Part shown: positions 52,218 to 62,854 of the stretch, piece after piece
Position numbering within the stretch: the stretch's first letter is position 1
Layout of the letters: the number at the start of each line of letters is the position of its first letter
NCBI GenBank assembly: GCA_963663805.2
Contig: CAXXMR010000002.1
Span: 111,949-175,948, forward strand
Reading direction: 5' to 3'
Length of the DNA stretch: 64,000 nt
Origin: Sedimentisphaerales bacterium
Lineage (GTDB): Bacteria > Planctomycetota > Phycisphaerae > Sedimentisphaerales > SM23-30
Notes under the pieces: generated by a model
Database searches by the model: none
Told to the model about the DNA's origin: nothing
The model's input: only the letters and a program-made list of their open reading frames with translations
Translations under genes and position numbers: made by a program

Positions 52218-52400
52218 TACCCTCTCCTTGGTAAAAATACCAAAGCCGCACAAGATAATTTTACCGACTTTACCGCCGGTTCAAGTGCGACCGAACCCAT
52301 ACATTCACATAACTGGTATCGGTCGATTGAACCGGCGGTATTAAGTATAGGATTAAGAATCCTCTTAATTCACTTAATGAGCCGGATTGGCCTGGGACTG

Positions 52401-54251
52401 TTATTCAGCCGACTCCGAATTATCGGACTTCGGCTCGCCCTCTTCCTGAGAGGGAGCTTCTTCAGTTACAATCGGACGGATCGGTTTGGCCCGGAACAGA
52501 GAGGCGTCAATCATGTTGGTACCCATGCCGCCCCCGCCGGTGCCTTCAAGGCCGCCGCGAGGCTGACCGCCACCCGTGCCGGTTTCGTCTTCGACATTGT
52601 CTTCCACAGCCCATTGCGCTCGCTTGAGCGAAAGACCAATCTTGCGGTCGTCGATGTCAACACGCAGAATTTTGACTTCGAGGTCGTCACCAACCTTGAC
52701 AACTTCCTGCGGCCCTTCAACTTTGTCATCCGACAGTTCGGAAATGTGAAGCAAACCTTCGAGGTCCGGTTCCAGTTCAACAAACACGCCAAAGTTGGTG
52801 AGCTTGGTGACCTTGCCCTGTACGATTTGACCGGCGATGTATTTGTCGGGAATGGCACGTACCCAGGGATCTTCGGTCATCTGTTTCAGACCCAGAGCCA
52901 CACGCTGTTTGTCCTCGTCAACCGATAGCACGATACATTTGACATCCTGACCCTTCTTGAGAAGTTCGCCCGGATGACTGATTTTCTTCGTCCAGCTCAT
53001 ATCAGAGATGTGCAGCAGGCCGTCGATGCCTTCTTCAATCTCAATGAACGCGCCGTAATTTGCCAGATTGCGAATCTTGCCTTCGACAACGGTGCCCGGA
53101 GGATATTTCTGGGCAACCTGCGTCCACGGATTGTCGGTGAGCTGTTTGATGCCCAAAGATACTTCCTGACGCGAAGGATTGACTTCCAGAACCACAACTT
53201 CGATGTCCTGGCCCACGCTGAGAATGTCGCTGGGATGATTGATACGCTTGGTCCAGCTCATTTCGGAAATGTGTACCAGACCTTCGATGCCTTCTTCCAG
53301 TTTGATAAAAGCACCGTAGCTCATGATATTCACTACCGAGCCTTTGACTACGCTGCCGACTTTGTAACGCTCTTCGGCAGAAGACCAGGGGCTTTCAGAT
53401 TTCTGTTTGAGGCCCAACGCGATTTTCTCTTTGTCGCGGTCGATGCTCAAAATCTTGATTTCGATTTCCTGGTCCAGCCTGACCAGCTCAGAAGGATGGC
53501 CGACTCTGCCCCAGCTCATATCGGTGATATGCAGCAGACCGTCCAGACCGCCCAGGTCGATGAACGCACCGAAATCGGCAATGTTCTTGACGATACCCTT
53601 GCGAATCTGGCCGACTTCAATGTCCGAGAGCAGGGTCGATTTAGCTGTGGCGCGAGTTTCCTCCAGAAGTTTACGACGAGAAATAACGATGTTGCGACGC
53701 TCTTCGTCAATCTTGAGAATCTTGGCCTGAATGTCACGACTAATGAACTCGGCAATGTCGCCCGGACGGCGAATGTCAACCTGCGATGCCGGTAGGAAAA
53801 CCGGGACACCAACGTCAACCAACAGGCCGCCTTTGATGCGACGGGTGACCTTGCCGGTGATGGTGTCACCTTCCTTATAATTTTCAATGATTCTTTCCCA
53901 GCCGCGAATACGGTCGGCTTTACGCTTGCTGAGCATTACCAGACCGCTGTCAGATTCGACTGCTTCCAGAAGGACTTCGATTGAGTCGCCAATCACGATT
54001 TCGCTGGGGTCGTCAAATTCCGAAGCACTTACCGCGCCTTCGCTCTTGAGACCTACTTCAACTATAACATCATCGCCGATTTTGTTGACAATTTTACCCT
54101 TGAGCAAGGTGCCCGGCTCAAAATTCCTGACCGTTTCGTCTATTCTGGCCAGCATTTCTTCCTGACCCGAAGCGCCCAACGCCTCAGCGATTACATTGTC
54201 AATATCGAAATCGTCCAACTGAAAATCGTTTAGAATACCTTTGTCTACCAT
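52401..54251 (-). CDS. rpsA: 30S ribosomal protein S1
   Basis: Six S1 domains (FGAFIDLGGLDGLLHITDMSW etc.). Confidence 0.97.
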   Translation of the reverse strand: MVDKGILNDFQLDDFDIDNVIAEALGASGQEEMLARIDETVRNFEPGTLLKGKIVNKIGDDVIVEVGLKSEGAVSASEFDDPSEIVIGDSIEVLLEAVESDSGLVMLSKRKADRIRGWERIIENYKEGDTITGKVTRRIKGGLLVDVGVPVFLPASQVDIRRPGDIAEFISRDIQAKILKIDEERRNIVISRRKLLEETRATAKSTLLSDIEVGQIRKGIVKNIADFGAFIDLGGLDGLLHITDMSWGRVGHPSELVRLDQEIEIKILSIDRDKEKIALGLKQKSESPWSSAEERYKVGSVVKGSVVNIMSYGAFIKLEEGIEGLVHISEMSWTKRINHPSDILSVGQDIEVVVLEVNPSRQEVSLGIKQLTDNPWTQVAQKYPPGTVVEGKIRNLANYGAFIEIEEGIDGLLHISDMSWTKKISHPGELLKKGQDVKCIVLSVDEDKQRVALGLKQMTEDPWVRAIPDKYIAGQIVQGKVTKLTNFGVFVELEPDLEGLLHISELSDDKVEGPQEVVKVGDDLEVKILRVDIDDRKIGLSLKRAQWAVEDNVEDETGTGGGQPRGGLEGTGGGGMGTNMIDASLFRAKPIRPIVTEEAPSQEEGEPKSDNSESAE

Positions 54252-54512
54252 TGAAAAGAACTTTCCAGAAATGTCTACAACGGACGTTTAAGCCTTCGTC
54301 CAAACCGCCGCTTTAGGTTTGGGGCCTGTTATATTCTGTCTAACCGCAGACAGACATCGCATTAGAACACAGAAAGACCTATTCGTCAATAGAGTCTTTG
54401 AAATAGCATCTTTTTTTTGAAAAAACGGGCAAAAATCCGTCAAAAATCGCAAAAAACCGTAAAAAAACATCAAAAAAACACGTCTTCAGGCATAATCGCG
54501 CATCTTTTCAAG

Positions 54513-55364
54513 CTACAGTTTATCCAGGTATTCGACAAATTCCTGAATAATCCAGTCTGGCGTTGATGCCCCGGCGGTTATGCCCGCTACCGAGTGACCC
54601 TCAATATATTGTGACTTGAACTCCCCTTTGGTCTGCAAATGGTAGGTCGCCACTGAAGTCTTGGAACACAAATCCGCCAGTTCACAAGTGTTGGCACTGC
54701 TGTTAGAGCCCAAAACAAACATAACATCCACCTGACCACACAATTCAATCGCCGACGCCTGACGATGGGAAGTCTCATGGCAGATTGTGCTAACTGCTTT
54801 GATTTCCTGGTAGTTACGAGCGGTTATGAGGCCGACTAGACGACCGAATTCTTCCGGCGAAATCGTCGTTTGAGAAATAATTGCCAATTTGCCCCTGTCC
54901 GGCAGATTTACCAAATCGCCTTCATCCGCCACCACCACCACCTCCGGTGCGTATCCGACCACCCCTTTAATTTCTGGATGTTTGGGGTCGCCGATGACTA
55001 CAACTTTGTAACCTTCTTTGTGTAATTTACTTACGAGCTTTTGGGCTTTTTTGACCAGGACACAGGTTGCGTCTGCCAGTTTTAAGCCGCGTTTTTCTAC
55101 TTCCTGAAGAATTTCCGGACGACAACCGTGGCTGCGAATCAATACGGTCGGAACTTCCTGATTGGCAATGGGTTGGGGTACTTCGTCCAGTGAATCAACA
55201 ACATTAAGACCGTTTTGGGCCAACCGTTCGACCACATGGTTATTGTGGATAAGTGGTCCCAGGCAATAGACCTGCTCACCGTTTTCGAGCAGCCCCTGGG
55301 CTAAATCAATGGCGTGTCTGACGCCGAAACAAAACCCAAGTTTTTTGGCAACAAGTACTTTCAT
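54513..55364 (-). CDS. ispH: HMBPP reductase
   Basis: GFCFGV, LIHN, IRSHG, DATC, SQTT, TIC, GITAGASTP. Confidence 0.96.
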   Translation of the reverse strand: MKVLVAKKLGFCFGVRHAIDLAQGLLENGEQVYCLGPLIHNNHVVERLAQNGLNVVDSLDEVPQPIANQEVPTVLIRSHGCRPEILQEVEKRGLKLADATCVLVKKAQKLVSKLHKEGYKVVVIGDPKHPEIKGVVGYAPEVVVVADEGDLVNLPDRGKLAIISQTTISPEEFGRLVGLITARNYQEIKAVSTICHETSHRQASAIELCGQVDVMFVLGSNSSANTCELADLCSKTSVATYHLQTKGEFKSQYIEGHSVAGITAGASTPDWIIQEFVEYLDKL

Positions 55365-55375
55365 TATTTTCCTTT

Positions 55376-56077
55376 TCAGATTAGTCCTTCAAGATTGCTC
55401 AGGCCTATCAGTTCGTGGCAGAAGAATGGCTCGGCGTATTGGGTGCCGATACAACGGCCAAAATAGCGGCAGATTGAGCCAATGTGGTCTACTATCCAGT
55501 CTTTTTCGTCCGGCTCATTCTGGTTGAGTTGAAACTGGCTTTGGTATGCTTTGATAGCGGCGATTTTCCGGTCCCAGTAATCGGTGATGTCAATAACAAA
55601 GCTGGGTTGAATGTGCTGGCGTAAGTGCGAAGCGTAGAAGTAGATTATTTTTTTGGGGTAGTGGGGTTCACCTTTCATGTCGGTTTTGCTGAGCTTGGCG
55701 GCGAAGCGGGCGTCCATGATTAACTGGTTGGCGTGGATATGGTCGGGGTGGGCATCCGGTTGAGCGATGGTGAAAAGCCAGTGGGGTTTATATTGGCGGA
55801 TTGCTTCGGCGACGATTTTACGATTTTGCAGATTGTTTTCGAGATAGCGGTTGGGCATATCAAGGCAGAATCTCTCCTTTATGCCGAGAATTCGGGAAGC
55901 CTGGGCGGATTCGGCGGCGCGGATTTCCGGTGAACCGTGGGGGGTAGGTTCGCCGTTGGTGAGGTCTGCCAGAATAATCTCCCAGCCCTGGTCGATGAGG
56001 CGGGCGATGGTGCCGCCCATTGCGATTTCGGCATCGTCGGGGTGGGGTGCGAATATCATTAAGCGTCGATTGTTCAT
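55376..56077 (-). CDS. PIG-L family N-deacetylase (BshB1-like)
   Basis: APHPDDAE, HPDH, YQSQF, AEPF. Confidence 0.85.
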   Translation of the reverse strand: MNNRRLMIFAPHPDDAEIAMGGTIARLIDQGWEIILADLTNGEPTPHGSPEIRAAESAQASRILGIKERFCLDMPNRYLENNLQNRKIVAEAIRQYKPHWLFTIAQPDAHPDHIHANQLIMDARFAAKLSKTDMKGEPHYPKKIIYFYASHLRQHIQPSFVIDITDYWDRKIAAIKAYQSQFQLNQNEPDEKDWIVDHIGSICRYFGRCIGTQYAEPFFCHELIGLSNLEGLI

Positions 56078-56103
56078 ATTAAGCTCCCATTATGAACTTT
56101 CGT

Positions 56104-57342
56104 TTAATTTTCCGGCAGGGTTGGGCACAATTCCTTATATACACTTTCTATTCTATCTACCATAAGTTCATGGTCAAATTCCTGTCGGCATAATTCTTTG
56201 CCGGCCTGGCCGAGCTTGACACGCAAGTCGGGGTTGGTAATTAGTTTATCCAGAGCTTCGGTGAGGGCGTTAATATCCTGCGGCGGAATCAGGCAGCCGG
56301 TTCGGTCGTTGATTACCACTTCGCGGGCGCCATCGACATCAAAGCTGATTACCGGTTTTCCGCAGAGCAATGCCTGAGGCAGGGCGCGGGCGAGACCTTC
56401 ACGCAGTGAGCAGTGAGCGAGAATATCTGAAGCGTGTAATAGTTCAGGAATACGGTCGGGCGAGACCAGGCCGGTCAGACGAAAACGGTTCTGAAGATTG
56501 GCCGCGGCGATTTGCTGTTCGAGGGCCGGGCGCAAGTTTCCGTCACCGATAAAGAGCCAGATTGCTTTGGGGTGTTTGGCGGCGAGACGCTGGGCAGCCT
56601 GAATGAGGTATTCATGCCCTTTAAGCTCGAAGAGGCGGGCGACGGTGGCGATTACGATGGCGTCGGCGGGGATGTTGAACTCGTCACGAATTTGTTGGGG
56701 ATTATGTTCAGCGAGATATTTGGAGGTGTCGAGTCCGGAGAATATTTTGGTGTATTGTTCGGGGCGGCCTATGCCGGCGGCGAGGGCCTGGTCGGTCATG
56801 GCCTGAGCTACAGAGATGATTTTATCGGTGAACTTCGCGGCGTATTTTTTGGAGGTAATGTAAATTTTATTTTTCCACCATTTTTCGTAAGGGTGAAACG
56901 CCAGGCCGTGGATGGTGTGGACGATTTTAGGACGCGAGCATGACTGGGCCTGAGCTTGTTTGAAGTTGCGGACGGCGGCACAGCAGCAGTCTTTTTCGAT
57001 GTTTTCTGTTCGGACTGATGCGGCGGCGGTACGGCCTAGTATACCGGCTTTGGATGAATGAGTGTGGATAATGTCGGGATTGAGTTCGCGAATGATTTTT
57101 TCGAGTGATTTGCAGGCCCTGTAATCGAGGATGGGGCTGATTTCGCGGCGGAGAGTGTCGAGTTCGATTACCTGATAGCCGCCGGCGTGGGCGCGGTCAA
57201 CCAATTGTCCTTCAGGCCCAAACGTTGGGCCGGTGATGAGGATTACTTCATGGCCGCGCCGATGTAGTCCTTCGCAGGTGAAGAGAGTGTTTTCCTGAGC
57301 GCCTCCGAGAATCATGCGGGTAATGATGTGGATGATTTTCAT
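56104..57342 (-). CDS. glycosyltransferase family 4
   Basis: HTHSSKAG, HTIHG, VARLFELKG, SLREGL; ATGA overlap with truA. Confidence 0.9.
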   Translation of the reverse strand: MKIIHIITRMILGGAQENTLFTCEGLHRRGHEVILITGPTFGPEGQLVDRAHAGGYQVIELDTLRREISPILDYRACKSLEKIIRELNPDIIHTHSSKAGILGRTAAASVRTENIEKDCCCAAVRNFKQAQAQSCSRPKIVHTIHGLAFHPYEKWWKNKIYITSKKYAAKFTDKIISVAQAMTDQALAAGIGRPEQYTKIFSGLDTSKYLAEHNPQQIRDEFNIPADAIVIATVARLFELKGHEYLIQAAQRLAAKHPKAIWLFIGDGNLRPALEQQIAAANLQNRFRLTGLVSPDRIPELLHASDILAHCSLREGLARALPQALLCGKPVISFDVDGAREVVINDRTGCLIPPQDINALTEALDKLITNPDLRVKLGQAGKELCRQEFDHELMVDRIESVYKELCPTLPEN

Positions 57343-58121
57343 GGCTGGTCCGGCTCCGTTTGGGTTGATTCGTGGGGGTAGCGTACCCACATGAGGGTCA
57401 GGCCGTTGGGGGGGGCTTTGGGGCCGGCGGCCTGTCGGTCGCAAGCGGCGAGAATTTCGGCGACTGATTCAGGGCTGCGGAACCCGCGGCCTACGTCGAG
57501 GAGGGTGCCGACGATGTTGCGGACCATGTTGTAGAGGAATCCGTTGGCTTCGAGATAGAAGTCAAGCCAGTGACACTTTTTTTCGATATGGCAGCGGATG
57601 AGGTTGCGGACGGTATTGCTGCGTCCGTGATTGGCAGTGGAGAAGCTGACAAAATCGTGTTCGCCGAGCAATAGTTTCGCGGCTTGACGCATGGGTTCGA
57701 TCTGGCAGGCCAAATAATAATGATAGCAGTAGCGGATCTGGCCGGGCGGCAGGTCGGAGTGGTTGAAGATTCGGTAGCGATAGAGTTTACTTTGGGCCGA
57801 GCCGATGGGGTCGAAGTGGTCGGGGACTTGCCGGGCCGAGACGATTCTTATGTCGCCGGGCAGGCGGTGGTTAAGTGTGTGGGCAATTTTTTCGTTAGGG
57901 ATACGGGTGTTGGTGTAGAAGCTGGCGACTTGTCCAGCAGCATGGACACCGGTATCGGTGCGGCCTGAACCACGGATGGTGATACGGTGTTTGAAGGTGC
58001 GGGCGGCGGTCTCTTCGAGTACCTGCTGGACGGTGATGATTTCTTTTTTTTGCCGCTGCCAGCCGTGGTAGGCACTGCCGTCATAGGAGACAACTAATTT
58101 AATTTTTCGCTGTTGGTCCAT
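57339..58121 (-). CDS. truA: tRNA pseudouridine synthase A
   Basis: YDGSAYHGWQ, GRTDTGVHA, FLYNMVR. Confidence 0.96.
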   Translation of the reverse strand: MDQQRKIKLVVSYDGSAYHGWQRQKKEIITVQQVLEETAARTFKHRITIRGSGRTDTGVHAAGQVASFYTNTRIPNEKIAHTLNHRLPGDIRIVSARQVPDHFDPIGSAQSKLYRYRIFNHSDLPPGQIRYCYHYYLACQIEPMRQAAKLLLGEHDFVSFSTANHGRSNTVRNLIRCHIEKKCHWLDFYLEANGFLYNMVRNIVGTLLDVGRGFRSPESVAEILAACDRQAAGPKAPPNGLTLMWVRYPHESTQTEPDQP

Positions 58122-58138
58122 CTCGTAATTCTCAAAAC

Positions 58139-58171
58139 AAAAAAGGGACAAGCACTTGGCCTGTCCCTTTT
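58139..58171 (-). terminator. intrinsic terminator after asd
   Basis: Minus strand AAAAGGGACAGGC-CAAGT-GCTTGTCCCTTTTTT. Confidence 0.75.
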
Positions 58172-58196
58172 GATGTTAATATGCCTGATCTGGTTA

Positions 58197-59198
58197 TTAA
58201 ACCAAAAGCTCGGCTATTTGCACAGCGTTGAGGGCGGCTCCTTTGAGCAACTGGTCGCCGGCGACCCATAGATTGATGCCGCGTTTGTCAGGCAGTGATT
58301 CATCCTGACGGATGCGGCCGACGAGTACATCGCCCTGGCCGGTCGCTTCGATGGGCATGGGGAAGTGATTGCCTTCGCGGTCATCGACGATGGTTACGCC
58401 GGGAGCGCCCAGCAGTAAATCAACAACCTGTTCTTCGCTCATCGGATTGGTGAACTCAAGGTTGATGCTTTCACAATGAGTCCGCAAAACAGGGACACGG
58501 GCACAGGTGCAGGTGATGGCGATGGAGTTACATTCGAAGATTTTGGCGGTCTCTTTGACCATCTTCATTTCTTCGACGTTATAGCCATTTTCGCCGACGT
58601 TGGAATCATGACTGAAGACATTGAAAGCACAGGGGTGCTTGAAAATCTCCGGCTCTGGCTCCTCGCCGTTGAGTACCGCGGCGGTTTGTTTTTTGAGTTC
58701 TTCCATGGCTTGCCAGCCTGCTCCGCTAACGGCTTGATATGTGCTGACCACCATACGTTTAACGGGGTTAAACTGATGCAAAGGCCAGACCGGTACGATG
58801 CCGATGATGGTCGAGCAGTTAGGGTTGGCAATAATGCCGCGATGCTGCCTGACGGCTTGAGGATTGATCTCCGGGATGACCAGAGGTACTTCCGGGTCCA
58901 TGCGGAACGCCGAGGAGTTATCGACAACCACGGCACCTGCCTTGGCGGCGATGGGGCCAAAATGCTTGCTGATAGAGCCGCCCGCTGAGAACAACGCGAT
59001 GTCAACATCGGTGAAACTGTCTTCGGTGAGCTCTTCGATCGTGTATTCCTGACCTTTGAAGGTTACTTTCTTGCCGGCTGAACGAGCCGAAGCAAGGAAC
59101 TTATAACCAGTGGCGGGGAAATTACGCTCGTCGAGCAGCTTGAGGAACTCCTGTCCTACAGCTCCGGTTACACCAACTACCGCGACATTCATACTCAT
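58197..59198 (-). CDS. asd: aspartate-semialdehyde dehydrogenase
   Basis: GVTGAVG, DNSSAFRM, ANPNCST, YQAVSGAG, KGAALNAVQIAE. Confidence 0.96.
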   Translation of the reverse strand: MSMNVAVVGVTGAVGQEFLKLLDERNFPATGYKFLASARSAGKKVTFKGQEYTIEELTEDSFTDVDIALFSAGGSISKHFGPIAAKAGAVVVDNSSAFRMDPEVPLVIPEINPQAVRQHRGIIANPNCSTIIGIVPVWPLHQFNPVKRMVVSTYQAVSGAGWQAMEELKKQTAAVLNGEEPEPEIFKHPCAFNVFSHDSNVGENGYNVEEMKMVKETAKIFECNSIAITCTCARVPVLRTHCESINLEFTNPMSEEQVVDLLLGAPGVTIVDDREGNHFPMPIEATGQGDVLVGRIRQDESLPDKRGINLWVAGDQLLKGAALNAVQIAELLV

Positions 59199-59303
59199 AA
59201 AACAAACCTTTCCTTAGTATACTCAAACATTATGTCCTGCCTGTCGGGTGTGATTTTAGCATGTTTGCCTGCCAAAATCAAATACCCGTCGGCTGGTTTT
59301 TTG

Positions 59304-60392
59304 TTAGCCGTTTTTGGCGGCGAAATCTTTCATGAAAGCTACAACCGCTTCTACAGCGTCGAGGCCGTTGGCGTTGTAGATGGAGACACGGATGCCGCCT
59401 ACGCTGCGGTGGCCTTTGATGCCGACGAAACCGGCACCGAGACCTTCTTTGACGAATTTAGCTTCAAGTTCTTCGGTGGGCAGACGGAAAACGACGTTCA
59501 TCTTGGAACGGCTGTTGGGTTCAACCGGGTTTTTATAGAAACCGTTAGAATTGTCGATGGCACCGTAGAGAAGATTGGCCTTCTGGTCATTGATTTTTTC
59601 GATACCAGCAACACCGCCGTTGTCCTTGATCCAATGCAGAACCTTATTAACGATATAGATGGTGAAGGTCGGGCAGGTGTTGTAGAGCGAGTTGGAGTCG
59701 GCGTGGGTTTTGTAAGAGAGCATCGAGGTCAGACCTGCATTAGCCTGAGCGAGCATATCCTTGCGGATGATTACCAGGGCCATACCGGCAGGTCCGAGGT
59801 TTTTCTGGGCACCGGCGTAAATGATGCCAAACGGTTTGGGGTCGAACTGTTTGGAGAGAATATCGCTGGACATATCAGCTACCAGCGGCACATTGCCGGT
59901 GTCGGGGAATTTGTCCCATTGGGTACCAGCAATGGTGTTGTTGGAGGTGATGTGGCAATACTTGGCGTTGGGGTCGAGTTTGAGTTGGTCCTGAGAGGGC
60001 ACTCTGATGTAGTTGCCGTCTACGGCTGAGTCGGCAGCGATGTTTGTCTTGCCGAACAGTTTGGCTTCTTTGAGGGCTTTTTTGCTCCAGGAGCCGGTGA
60101 TGACGTAGTCGGCGCTGGTTTCAGGGGTGAGGAAATTCATGGGTATCATGGCGAACTGGAGGCTGGCTCCGCCCTGGAGCAGCAGTACTTCATAGTCGTC
60201 GCCGAGGTTCATGAGCTCTTTGACGAGTGACACGGTTTCGCAATGAACGGCGTCATATTCTTTGGAACGGTGAGAGGTGGCCATTACGCTAACACCTGTG
60301 CCGGCAAAGTCTAAGAGTTCAGCCTGGGCGGCTTCTAAAACTGTTTGGGGGATAGCGGCCGGGCCGGCATAAAAGTTATAAACACGTGCCAT
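59304..60392 (-). CDS. serC: phosphoserine aminotransferase
   Basis: YNFYAGPA, SHRS, DMSS, AGAQKNLGPAG, GHRSVGG. Confidence 0.96.
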   Translation of the reverse strand: MARVYNFYAGPAAIPQTVLEAAQAELLDFAGTGVSVMATSHRSKEYDAVHCETVSLVKELMNLGDDYEVLLLQGGASLQFAMIPMNFLTPETSADYVITGSWSKKALKEAKLFGKTNIAADSAVDGNYIRVPSQDQLKLDPNAKYCHITSNNTIAGTQWDKFPDTGNVPLVADMSSDILSKQFDPKPFGIIYAGAQKNLGPAGMALVIIRKDMLAQANAGLTSMLSYKTHADSNSLYNTCPTFTIYIVNKVLHWIKDNGGVAGIEKINDQKANLLYGAIDNSNGFYKNPVEPNSRSKMNVVFRLPTEELEAKFVKEGLGAGFVGIKGHRSVGGIRVSIYNANGLDAVEAVVAFMKDFAAKNG

Positions 60393-60458
60393 GAAAATCT
60401 CCTTCAATATACAACAGCTTCAAGTTTGTCAGCGGGCGACATTATGCCCGACTGTAAA

Positions 60459-61779
60459 TTATTTGTCCAAAACGTTTATGACCAGACCGGAGAAGATTTT
60501 GGGATAGAAGAAGGTCGACTTCTGGGGCATTTTTTCGCCGGTGTAAGCGACTTCTTCCACGTCTTCCGGTTTGACAGTATTCATAAAAAACAGGCCCTGA
60601 CAATCACCTTCATCCACCCGGTCCATTGCCATAAGTGCCGCTGAGCCAATGTCTTTGATATATTCAACGTTGGTTTGAGCGGTGAGGGCAGCTTCGTCGA
60701 TGCCGAGATGTTTTTCGAGAATCAGTTTGTGGAGGATGGCGACATCGAGCTTTCGCCAGGCGGCGCTTTTGTCGGGTGCTATCTCTTCCATGGGTTTCAG
60801 GTCACGTAAGGTGGCTACATAAAAGGCGTTATCGTTGAAATACATACCGAAGGCGTGCTCGCCGTTTTCGAGTTCAAGGGTCAGGGCGTTGAGCATCATC
60901 TGGTATTTTTCTTTTTTGTCGACGATGTCAGTGTAGTCGAGCTGGGCGATGTCGAACTCGGCACGGAGCAGGGCGATGAATTTTTCGGGGTTGAAGTCCT
61001 TGACGTTTTTCAATAAACGATGTGTAGGCAGGATGTTAAGGCCGGGATTATGGGTGTTGATGAAGGTCATCATCTGGTATTCAGCTTGGGGATTTTTGGT
61101 TTCGGCGAAGTAGTTGAGGGCGGTTTCGTAGCGGTGGTGGCCGTCGGCGATGAATACGTTTTTGTCAGCCATGACCTTTTGTATAGTTTGAATTTGCTCC
61201 GGGTCGGTTATCGCGTAAAGGCGGTGAACCACACCATCATTATCCGTATGTTTAAGCAGCTCAGAGGTTTGCGCGGCTTGACTGAGGATGGCATCGATGT
61301 TTTTTTTCGGGGTCGCTGTAGAGCATGAAGACTTGGCCGATCTGGGAGGCGGTGGCTCGGGTGAGGTTGAGTCGGTCGGCTTTGGGGCCTTCGAGGGTGT
61401 GTTCGTGGGGTTTGATGTTTCCGCCGTAACTCTCTAGTTTGCCGAGAGCTACAAATCCGCTGCGAGTGTGAGGGGTGTCGGCGATGTGGAAATCCTGGAC
61501 GTATGCGTAGATGGTTTCCTGGGCGTCCTGTTTGAGGGCGGTCTGGTCGATGAAATCATGTAAGTGTTTGGCAGCACGGGAGTAAAACGTTCTCGGTTTC
61601 GGTGTCATCCGGGGATTTTTTTGCCCTTGGTGACGCGAACAATATTATTTGGGTGCCGCTGATAGAGCTGGTCCTGTTCTTCGGGGTCGATTACGTCGTA
61701 GGGGGGGGCGATTGCAGTCGCCGGGGTTGCCAACAGTTTCAGCGTTGTAACGATAGCCTTTGAAAGGTTTTATGTTCAT
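60459..61779 (-). CDS. DUF1015 family protein, broken by homopolymer indels
   Basis: Joined pieces give MNIKPFKG..PPYDVI..PHEHTLEGPKADRL..IADGHHRYETA..MPQKSTFFYPK. Confidence 0.85.
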
Positions 61780-62056
61780 GGTATTCCTGTTGTTACTCAA
61801 ATAACAGCTCTGGGTTGTCCTGTCGTTCCGAAGCAGGTCAAACAAATTTGATACTTTAGCGGGGATGTACTGATTCGTCAATGATGGCAGCGCAAAAAAG
61901 CCTGAACAGACCGATTTTGGTGAAAAAAAAGAAGTTTTTCGAGATTTTTAGGTGTTTTTACGAGTTTTTTGGGTATTTTTTGGGCTGTTTTTCAGGGTTT
62001 GGGACAGGTTTGTCCGATAACTAAATGAGGCAATGTATATTTTAGGAGTTGGGTTG

Positions 62057-62693
62057 ATGAAAGTGCTATTAAATGAACGGGAATTGACTTTGTCTTTTGG
62101 TGCTGATGCTTCGCTGGGTGAGGTGCTGGCTGATGTGCAGGACAATGACATAATGGACAATCAGGTTTTGGCGGGGATATGGATTGACGGTGAGGAGCTG
62201 ACGAGTGAGTCGCTGTCGGTGCTGGGGGGGCGGTGCGTGCGTGAGTTTGGTGAGGCTCGGATTGAGGCGCCTACTCGTGAGGAGATGGCGTTGCATGGGA
62301 TTTGCACTTTGATTGATTCGCTGAATGCGAGCATTGGGTTAGGGACAAACTGGTTGATGATATTTGTCAGGGGCGAGCGGGGCGGGCGATCGGGGGGCTG
62401 TCGGATTATTTGTCGGTGTGGGTTGGTTTGCAGCAGACTTTGGGCGGAGTGGCTCGGCTTTTGGAAATGGAGCTGGGTGAGCTGGCGTCTTTGGGGGCGG
62501 GGCTGGATAGTCGCTGGAGGAGCAGGTGGCGAATCTTGGTGAGCAGTTGAGTGAGCTGAAGGGGGCGCTGGAGGCGGGTGATTTGGTGCTGATTGGCGAT
62601 GTGCTGGAATATGAGTTTGGTGATTTGACGCGGGGTTGGGTGGAGACGCTGGAGATTATCGGTAAGGGGTTGAGCGAGAAGATTATCACTTAA
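62057..62693 (+). CDS. hypothetical protein with apparent frameshifts, C-terminal ..GDLVLIGDVLEYE..
   Basis: AGGAG RBS; coding-like helical protein that continues in shifted frames to TAA 62691-62693. Confidence 0.6.
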
Positions 62694-62854
62694 CGGCGGG
62701 CAAGAGGCATGAGGGCGTGTTGCTCAAATAGTCGATGATGTCATCAGCCGCGGAGAAATAAATGTACCGGACACCGTCCCCTATGCCCGCTTACTTACGT
62801 GCGCGGCTCTGATGGGCGGTGGTTGGGGAGTGGAGTGGGAAAATGTACCGAACA

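Noticed and set aside
55244..57071. DnaA boxes TGTGGATAA at about 55244 and 57063
   Set aside because: They are isolated, lie inside coding sequence (Ile-His codons), and are far from the skew flip.
61992..62020. sigma28 promoter (TCCGATAA) before the 62057 gene
   Set aside because: The -10-like box is present but the -35 spacing does not fit, and the region is indel-prone.
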